A model generated the notes under the pieces. It did not search any database and was not told the DNA's origin. It was given only the letters and a program-made list of their open reading frames with translations. A program made the position numbers and the translations under genes. A DNA stretch of 24,052 bases from Vitrella brassicaformis CCMP3155 (lineage: Eukaryota > Protista > Chromerida). Positions 12,455 to 20,956 of this stretch are shown piece after piece (the first letter of the stretch is position 1; each line of letters starts with the position of its first letter). Location: contig CDMY01000754.1 of the NCBI GenBank assembly GCA_001179505.1, positions 1-24,052 on the forward strand, read 5' to 3'.

Positions 12455-13220
12455 CTAGCTGACTGACCGGCCGTGACCGACTGAGGCGATTGATGCGTTG
12501 CTTGGAGAAGACCGACGGGCTCGGCTGTTGTGTTCGACGATTGGAGAGTCGACAGAGAGAAGTCGACTTCCACCCGTCTGTCTGCAGAACCAGCAGGCCA
12601 GGCCAGGCCCCGCCTTCATCTCCATGGAATGCATTGGGCTGCCTGCGATGGACGAGGGGACTCTGTGTAGACGTTCTTCACACATAGCAAGAGTGTAGCT
12701 CTTTCTTCGTTGGACGCTCAGCACTGACTGATTTTGTTCTTTTGCATGTCTGCTTGTAGATCAGATGCACGTCTCTCAATATTTCACCCAATAGTCGACA
12801 CATACGCTGCACAAACCACAGGAGATATATATCCACGACACTCTGTCGCAAATCACACACGTTCACATCAGGCCGACGTGTGCCTTCATGGAGGGTGTGA
12901 GAAGTACGCCCAACGGGACTGATGCACGCCCCTGCGGCCGTGAGGACGGCTACATGCGGCATTGATCCATCACCCCCGTCGCAGGCACCTCCCCGCCCGC
13001 ACACCAGCCACACACAGCCATTGATCGACACACGCCACACGACACCAACATCAGCCGCGGCAGACACACATGAATGAATGAGTTGGACAAAGGTATCTCC
13101 CCCCGCCATGCTATGCCCCCAGATCATATGTACAAACAGGTCAGTCAGGAGACACCCGGACACTACACTAAGAGAATGCAGCTGCCATCCATCCATCAGT
13201 GAGTAGCCCGAGTAGAGCCC

Positions 13221-14530
13221 TCACTGATGCACGCACTGGCTGCTGTGAGGAGGGGCCCGGCATGGCTGCGGGACCGCATTCACTGCATCGCCTGCCCACC
13301 GTGCTAAGGCGCGGCTGCCCAAGAGCAGCTTCACGTCCTCTTCCCCCAGCGCCTCCCTCGCCTTGGCCACGGCAGCCGCCTGCTGGCCCCACCCCTCGGC
13401 GGTCGTCACGAGGGTCACTACAGCCTTATCTACAGGCTCGCTTTCGTCGTAGTCCATGTCCATGTCCCAATCGTGTGCCGTCTTGAGTTCCAGGTAGAGG
13501 GCGTACTCGTCGCCCGCCTTATCGCCGTGCAGCGTGATGCGCTTGCCCCAATCCTCGAAAATCTCGTCTGGGCTGGTGTACGTGACGGACGGAAAGGCGG
13601 CGTGGTCCTGGTTGCTGTGGATGATGGCCGACGCACGCGCGAACGCCCTGGTGCTCTCCCCCACCTCTCGGCCCACGAGCGTCTTCATGCTGCCTGGCCA
13701 CGCCTCGCCGCCTTGCATGCTGAGAGGCAGGCAGACATGGGGGGAACAGAGCGAGTGAAAGGGGGTGGGGGACGGTGGGTGAATACTTACTTCCTAGCAC
13801 ACGATGGTGCCTCTGAAGCTAGACGCGCTGCCTCCTCCACCAAATACTGCAGACACACACACATTACACACATGACTGCTGCCATTCTCAGTGCACGCCA
13901 TCTGAGTATCATTGTGTGTGTCGACTTACTCTCAGAATCGCACGGCGGGTCCTTGGGGTCGTGTGGGAAAGGGCAGTCTACCCTCGGCCGCATGTGGTAG
14001 TCCACCAAACCTTCCATCTCCTCCAGCGCCAGCCCCCACTCGTTCTCCCTCGTCAACCGATGGCTAAACACCGAAAACTGCCGAACGCTCTTGGGCCGCA
14101 CGTCGAAGTCCCTCTTGCTACCGATGTTCTCCAGGTCGTCGCCCGTCAGCTGAATGGGAAGCGGGCCATCCACCCATCCGTGGTGTTTGGCGAGATGGAG
14201 GGGCCCCACCCACTCCCGCCACGCCCCGCCCTTCTCCAACACGTACACCGTCTTGATGGCCGCCTCCACGTCATTGCCTGTGGCGAATGACAGCACGCCA
14301 GAGAGGCCCTCCCGAGTCATGATCTGCTCTTTGTGCTGCTCGAGGGCCACCGGCAGCGTCATGCCAGCAGGGATCTCCGTCATGGGCTGTTTGCTGAGCT
14401 GCGCGAGGAGGGCCTGACGGCTGCTTCTGCCCTCGCCGGCCATGGCCATGGTGGCGGCCTTGTTGAGTGCGATGCTCCAGAGGGAGGGCACTGGTGGAGG
14501 CTTGGGGCGCTGGCGAGCCCGGAACGCCAT
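13221..14530 (-). CDS. Lineage-specific (Vitrella-type expanded family) hypothetical protein; 3 exons, with a splice-phase conflict
   Basis: ATG at 14530. Likely exons 14530-13930, 13846-13791 and 13719-13221, with strong GTAAGT donors and TGCAG/CTCAG acceptors. The motif MTLPVALEQHKEQI...GVLSFATGNDVEAAIKTVYVLEKGGAW resembles a family I recall as highly expanded in Vitrella (no known function). The canonical sites give a frameshift and stop in exon 2 (see findings). The 3' end is uncertain. Confidence 0.6.
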
Positions 14531-14556
14531 GATATACCTGAATAGGAATGAACGAG

Positions 14557-14790
14557 GGACCAAGAAGTGTTCTCGAGAGAGAGGCGTATGTGAAAGTGCA
14601 CTTTCACCTTCTTCCGTGACTTACGTTGCTATCGCCCCCCGAGCGTCATTTCGCGATCGCTTTCGGCTCGCAAAATCCCTTCTCTCCCCTTCTTCGTTGC
14701 CCGCAGCTCTCTGTTGCCTGGTGAATGAAGCATCAGGCAACGCTGCAATGAAGGCGAGCAGCCCAGCCATACCCACCCTCCAGTGTTGAT
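14557..14790 (+). repeat. Direct repeat copy 1 (234 bp)
   Basis: GGACCAAGAAGTGTTCTCGAG...CCCTCCAGTGTTGAT. Matches 17744-17964 with about 8 substitutions and one 13-nt indel by manual alignment. Confidence 0.97.
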
Positions 14791-15005
14791 AAAGACAAGT
14801 CCCGGTGGCCTCCCCCCTTGAAGTTCTCCCCCAACGCGCAGGGTATGAGCAATTTCGTCGTACGTGCCGTTCCGCTGACATTTCCACAGGCACACTTCAG
14901 AATCTGAGGTGGATTGGGAGACACGTGATGCCATTTTGCCTTTCTGGTCTTCATTCTTTCTCTTCGTCCGCGTGGACAGGTGTTGCGGTCGATTTCCCAC
15001 CAACG

Positions 15006-17665
15006 ATGTCGGCCGCCATTCAAGATCCTCGGTGTCCTGAGATCGACGAGAAGTGTGTGATTGTTCGCTCTGCGACGGACACGCTGGACCAGGAAAGGAT
15101 CCGCCCTGCCACGAGGCAGCTGGCGATCAAGATCATAAACCGGAGCATCGTGTCGTCCGACGAAGTTGCTCGTCTCGCCGGAGAAGGGGCAGATGTCAAC
15201 GCGGCCGTTAGTCTTCGTGTCGGCATCGACGAAACCGAGCCCCGCGACTTGCTATCTGTTGCGATTGATGAGGCATGCACCGTGGAAGCCATGTCCTTGA
15301 GTGTTGGTTCGTGGACGAATGAGGACAACACTTTCAAGGGAGTCAAGCTTCCTATGTGGCCATCGAGCGAGATGCAGCGGGCGGTGCTCGAGGCACTCAT
15401 CGCCGCTGGTGCTGACGTCGACGGTGACTCCTCCGACTGCAGCCCAGCTTATATGGCTTTTGCCAATCCGACGGCCATGGACATTCTTCTTAAGGCTGGG
15501 ACGAAGACACGAGACATGGACTTGGGTTTTCTCCCACGGGATGAACTCATTCCTTCCCCGCCGAGCCCCCACTACGAAGCCGCACTGCTCGCCGTTTATC
15601 GCTTACTTTTTCAGCACGACCCACCTCTCGCAACTGAACAAACTGCTGACGGCGAAACGCCCATCCAGGCGGCAGGATATATCACGACCGAGGTATCGCC
15701 GGGCTTCATGCACGCCTACCTGGATCTCTTGGCTGCAAACGGCGCCTCCCTCACCGTGAGAGACAAGGATGGAGACTCCCCACTTGACATCGCTGTGGCT
15801 CAGGGCGCTCTGCATGTTGTTGATTGGCTGTGCGGGAAGCTCGGGGCTGCGGAGATTAACGAGAATTATGCAAAAATCTACGTAGCCGCCACTGGGGAGG
15901 TCCTCACAGAAGGGTCCTCTTTGTGTGAAGAGGGCACGACGCCATTTCAGGCCGCGGGCGAAGTGCTTCGTGATGCCCTAAGGGATAAGGTCTCAGCAGC
16001 GGAGATTGAAAGGCGGAGGCAAGTCATCCGGCAACTGCTGCAACATGGTGCATCCGTCAAGCTCCTCCCAAGCACGACGGCCTCAGAACGTCTCATCCGC
16101 AAATACGTTCTCGAGATTCAGAGAGGTATGGGCGAGACGAGTGCTCCAGCACAGCAGCAGAAGAGGGGATGTGAAGCCGCTACAGCCGCTAAGATGGCCG
16201 AGGAGCTGATAGCTGAGGAAGCGAGAGAAAAGACCAAGAAAAACAAAAAGCGCGGCAAGAAGAGAACCAAAAGCGGCCACGACCAAGAACGACAGCACTT
16301 GGTGTCTGAGGCGATTGATGAGGACGATGAGCCGTCAGTGTCGTCGACAACACCTGCCAACCCCAGGTCAGATAAGCACACAATAAGCACACATACGCGG
16401 CGGCGGCCATTTTTTCGCGGTTCTTCACTGTATTGTGTTGTGTGTGTGGGGGTCGTTCCTTCATCATCGTCGTACGATGGTGCAGCTCCCGTGTCTGCGG
16501 ACAATGACAATGATGGTGAGTTTGTCCCTGTCATTGGCCATCGCAGAAAGGCCAAACAGAGACACAGCGCTAACCGACAGCAGCAGCAGCAGCCGGCTCC
16601 TGCCAACTCGACACAGACACCCAAGTAGGCATGCCGCATTCATTTGGATGTATGTGTGTGGTATCCCCTCTGTGTCTCTGTTGGTGTTGATTCAGTATGG
16701 GCGGCCGGCCTTTCCCATCGTCTGCTGTCCGCCCCCCTGCCGGCCAAAGCAATCGGAGTCCCATACCGACAGACATTCGCACACGCCGGTGCACAGATAG
16801 AGACACAGAGAGGGCCATGTGAAAGACCTGCTTGGCGACATGTATATGTCATGCTTCAGCAGCCCGCCGCCCCTCGCCCCGATGGCAGTTGTTCAGCCGT
16901 CGGCCAGCCGCTCTGCATACCCACCCGCTCATGTCGGTCCACACGGCCTGACCGTGCGTCAGGACGCTAATCGAGTGTCAGCATGGACCAACCGAAACAA
17001 CGGCAGCACTGGTGGCAATCGCGGGCCAATGCCGCCTACGTTCCCCCCAGCCGCCGCCACGATGGACCATCCCAATCGACTCGCACAACTGACCAACACA
17101 GGCGGACAAGAGAGCACTGCAGGCGGACGTGACAGCGAACATCTGGCGGATCAGCTCTGCCGGCATCTGGAGCAGACACAGCTGGCCGCCAAAAAGAAGG
17201 AGGATGTGCTGATACGTCAGCTGCAAGAGACACAATGGAAGTCAGCCAATCGAACCAACAAGGGGGGGATCGGAGAGACACGACATCCCCCCTGTTGTTT
17301 GTCTATGCTGTTTCCTCTGCAGACTTGCTCAGGCGATGAACGCCCGCCAGCAGCCCAGCTCACCATCATCGAGCAGCGCCCCTTTGGCTGCAGCGGACGA
17401 TGGCGAACATTTCAAGTGTGACGTGTGCATGGACAAAGACAAGTCCATTCTGCTCATCCCATGTGTAAGCACACCTGCGTGCAGGTGATCGATGCCTCCC
17501 TCCATGTTTCCCTTTCGTCTGCATGGTATTTGTTATGTGTGTGTGCAGCGTCATTTGTGTATGTGTGGTGAGTGTGCCGATCGGCTGATGGGCGGCCCTT
17601 TGGCAAAGCGGCTGTGTCCGAGATGCAGACAGCCAATCACAGACACACAGCAGGTGTACTTGTGA
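15006..17665 (+). CDS. Ankyrin-repeat protein with coiled-coil/basic region and C-terminal C3HC4 RING finger (putative E3 ubiquitin ligase), ~755-783 aa
   Basis: Exons 15006-16624 (possibly interrupted at 16367-16450), 16696-16788, 16860-17240, 17323-17464, 17549-17665; phases are consistent. Ankyrin-like motifs: GADVNA, ALIAAGADVDG, DGETPIQAAG, LLAANGASLTVRDKDGDSPLDIAVAQGALHVVDWL, QLLQHGASV. Helical/basic segment AAKMAEELIAEEAREKTKKNKKRGKK. Spliced RING: [46 protein letters not shown]. Confidence 0.88.
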
Positions 17666-17743
17666 ATGGGCAGAGGGCATGTGGGTGGTGGCTGCTGTGA
17701 GATGCGCTGCACGCCATGGATGTCTTGAGAGATGTGTCTGTGT

Positions 17744-17964
17744 GGACCAAGAAGTGTTCTCGAGAGAGAGGCGTATGTGAAAGTGCACTTTCACTTTCTT
17801 CCGTGATTTACGTTGCAATGTCCCTCGCGATCGCTTTCGGCTCGCAAAATCCCTTCTCCTCCCTTCTTCGTTGCCCGCAGCTCTCTGTTGCCTGGTGAAT
17901 GAAGCATCAGGCAACGCTGCAATGAAGCCGAGCAGCCCAGCCATACCCACCCTCCAGTGTTGAT
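17744..17964 (+). repeat. Direct repeat copy 2 (221 bp)
   Basis: Same sequence as 14557-14790 with a 13-nt deletion. Its last two bases (AT) form the first two bases of the gene E start codon. Confidence 0.97.
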
Positions 17965-18821
17965 GGTCTATCTCCGCTCCCTGCCTTCAAGTTTGCCTGG
18001 GCGGCTTCTCGTCGCTTACATGGCTGCTCTGGCAGTGCTTGCGATGAGGCCGACGAGAACGGGAGAAGAGAGCATTGATAGCGGTGAGAGGGCAGTTGCG
18101 AAGCGGCTCGTGTTTGCAAAGAGTGAGGGGCTCATGTGTTTTTGACTGCTGCAGGCGCTTCGGCCGTGGGGGGCGAACACAAACACAAGGGTAAGCAGGG
18201 GGCGAGGCACATTCACTTCGCATTGATGCATGTCATTGCAGTGATACATCGGCACGACTCCTCGGCCGTCCCTTCATTTGGAAATGCCATACTCGAAAGA
18301 CCCCGCACCAACACAACAGATGGGCGCGATGCCCATGGCAAACGCCTTTTCTCTGGTAAGGGGAAGCCCCAACACGGCAGCTCACGAATAGATCCCTTGT
18401 ATTGTCCGCAGGTCTTGACGCTGAACCACACGGTAATACAAGTGATCCCACTTCTCGCCCGTTGGCTGGTGGTGTTGGCCCCGAAGATGATCAAGGCCCT
18501 CCTCCTACCAATGTATCGCCCACTGACGACGTCACTGTCAACAACACAACGTGCGGCTACCCCAATGGCACGGCCACTGAGGGAAGCTGGACAAAGGTAC
18601 GGAAGAATGGACAGACATATTTCAATCATCCCTCATGTCCTTGTTGCGTGTCTCTGCTTTGCGTGCACCGCCAGCTGGAGTGCTGGGACAGTTTCTATTT
18701 GATCGGCATAGCCGTATTCGGCATCCTGCTGGTCGTTTTGACGGGTGTGGGCCTGCTGTACACTGACTTCACGTCTCTGGGGAGGGGAGGACCGCCCCGC
18801 AGTGAGGAACAAGCGAGATGA
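17963..18821 (+). CDS. Small type I membrane glycoprotein of unknown function (~200 aa, 5 exons)
   Basis: Exons 17963-18083, 18155-18190, 18242-18355, 18412-18596, 18675-18821; all GT-AG and phase-consistent (603 nt). N-terminal hydrophobic stretch RLLVAYMAALAVLAM is signal-peptide-like. Several N-x-S/T sequons (NTT, NTS, NVS, NNT, NGT). C-terminal TM FYLIGIAVFGILLVVLTGVGLLY is followed by a short tail. An alternative start at 18020 is possible. Confidence 0.72.
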
Positions 18822-19997
18822 ATCTCATGTCCATCAATAGATGATCGCACTGTGCGTGTGCTTTGACTTGTACTGAAGGAGAGGACAACCTCAATTCGAT
18901 CATGTCTTTATTGTTCTCACAGATACAAAAGTCATGAAAAAAAGCATCTGCCGTCATTGCCACAGCTCACTCTGCACCACCCATTGCCTGGCTTCCCTCT
19001 CCTCTGCATTGCCCTGTGTGTCTCGCGTGAGGCCAGTACCTCTGCCAGTGTGCCCAGCCCTCTCTGCCTTTCCTCGAGACACTGGCACGGGCCAAGAGCT
19101 CCCGCTGCTTCGTTTCATCGACAGACATACCGGCAATCGCATCACGAGTGACCCAAGTGGCGGGACAAGAGGCGTCTTGAGATGGCCAAACGCACATCAC
19201 ATCCGATGTCTCCTCTGTTAACCATGGTGCAGACGGATCAGCAGGCTTAGCGTCGGCTTGGCGCTGCTCATTTTTGTGTTGCTTTGTCCCCATCCTCACG
19301 GCGAAAAACTTCAGCCCCTGTTTCACCACGTGTTCATTGCCTTTGGTCAGGATGAGTTGACTTGCCACCTTCACATAAAGCCGCACAAAATTATTACGTT
19401 CAGAATGCACGAAAGGTTCAATACAGACCCGTCTTGTCTGTCTTTCTGTCAACGGACACGTAGCACAATCTCCCAATGGCTCAAGCTGCGACGGCCTACT
19501 GCCTCTCTCACACTGGCCCAATGACAGAAAAAGAAAAGGAGCAGCACCACCGAGTCGCGGATTGGCGTGAGTGGTCCCAGTGCCTCCTCTGCCACGCGGC
19601 GATCCGACACGAGAGCAAGTCCGCTCCACTCGTGTGACATCACCGCAAGGCATTGGAGACACTTGGGCCATACGCACCATGGCTGGCTGACTTAGATGGA
19701 GAAGATGGATAGACCGTTGTGTCACTCACCACTATACGTACATACGGAGGCCACGCAGCGCATCGCATGCATCGTAAGCACAAGTACCGACCGCAGCAGC
19801 ATGAGACCAGCCAACGAATCCACGCATCTCCAGCTTTCATCCCTCAAGTGATGAACGAACGGTAGAGCGTTGGGTGCGCACAATCGATTTCAACCAGACA
19901 GCGAGCACCACATCCTGCCATACAATCGGGGGGATCCTGGCTACTTCGCGTACGAAAAAAGTGACACGCTCACTGACCTGCCTCTCTCTCTGTTCCC

Positions 19998-20600
19998 TCA
20001 GTCCCTGTAGCACCAACCACAGCGCATACAAGACCTACAGTACACACGATGCAACGCCCCGGTTCACTTGCCCCCTGCAGCGGCCGCCGCCGCAGCAGCA
20101 GCAGCAGGTGGTGGTGTCTGCTGGCTGCCTGAGGATCTTCCCGCAACTCGCTGGGTGAAGTCGACGCACGGGGTGCATGTGCGGGACATGGCGGCCACGA
20201 TTGGATTCTCGCTTGACACCTTGAGGAAAGCACAGTTACGATAAAACCTGCACAACACGGCCAGAGGGAGAGGCCATGGGCAGATCGTCTTGCGCTTGCT
20301 CGCCCGTCCCCCTTCCCTCCCCTGCTCTTGCCTTACCCACCTTTTCCTGTCGTGAGCTTTCTCGTCCTTCGGTGGCCTCGTGGACGCAGCCGTGCTGGAC
20401 CGAATGGACGGCTGCATCCCTGGCGAGAGGGGAGGCTTCTCAACCGTCTCCTCCTTGAGGCTTGTGCGGCCCTTGGGCGACATGGTCAGATTGGGAGCGT
20501 CCTCTTCTTCCTGCCTGGCTTGATCTGCGGTCTTGGGTGAAGGTCGCGGGGAGGTAGATGCGGAATTGGTCGGTGTGGAGCCGAAGAAGCGCTTGAACAT
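19998..20600 (-). CDS. Small hypothetical protein (~148 aa), low-complexity N-terminus with a Cys-containing core
   Basis: Exons 20600-20341 (an upstream in-frame ATG also exists at 20636), 20247-20068, and a tentative 7-nt terminal exon 20004-19998 (G GAC TGA). Intron 1 (GTGGGT...TGCAG) is phase-consistent. Core: KRFYRNCAFLKVSSENPIVAAMSRTCTPCVDF. The 3' exon is uncertain. Confidence 0.55.
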
Positions 20601-20956
20601 TAACACGAAGTCACTCTCTAGGCTCACAGAAGACATTCAGAGCCCCATCAACTCATAGATGCACAAGTTACAGGCTCGCAGTATAAGCTCGCATTTTTCT
20701 GGGCAAAGATCTCCCCCGATTCTGTTGGTTTGTGGGCTCAGCTGAGTGCGCAGAGACCCGGGAGGCAGGACATCTGCCGATTTTCTCTTTCTTCACTTCT
20801 CTTGTCGCCGCAAAGCGGCTGCAGAGTGGAGGGCTTTGGATGAGGGCGATGTGGTCATCGGAGAGAAGACGAGGCCATGCAGACAGTGCTGCTACGCCAT
20901 GCTCAGCCGGCAGCCCATCAGCACCGAGATCACCGCCAAGGAGGCGCGCAGTCAGC

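Noticed and set aside
14557-14790. Repeat as a tRNA, SINE or CRISPR unit
   Set aside because: No cloverleaf or A/B boxes and no poly-A/T tail. Only two copies, 3 kb apart, with no spacer array, in a eukaryotic context.
14805-15005. N-terminal 67-codon extension of the gene D ORF from a GTG start
   Set aside because: Non-ATG start. The region contains an intron-like pyrimidine tract and acceptor (ending 14979) and is more likely 5'UTR. The first plausible ATG is 15006.
17462-17485. TGTGTAAGCACACCTGCGTG looked like a TG-slippage frameshift of a RING motif (C-K-H-T-C-V)
   Set aside because: GTAAGC at 17465 is a phase-0 donor. Splicing to 17549 gives the complete motif [12 protein letters not shown], so no frameshift is needed.
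14557-17964. Interpretation as an LTR retrotransposon, TRIM, TIR transposon or Helitron
   Set aside because: No TG...CA termini, PBS/PPT, short TSD, terminal inverted repeats, TC...CTRR ends or gag/pol/transposase ORF. The internal gene has spliceosomal introns.
18967-19725. 252-codon minus-strand ORF in the gap between genes E and F
   Set aside because: No recognisable domain, no convincing splice structure linking it to gene F, and similar-length spurious ORFs are common at this GC content. It cannot be fully excluded without RNA-seq.
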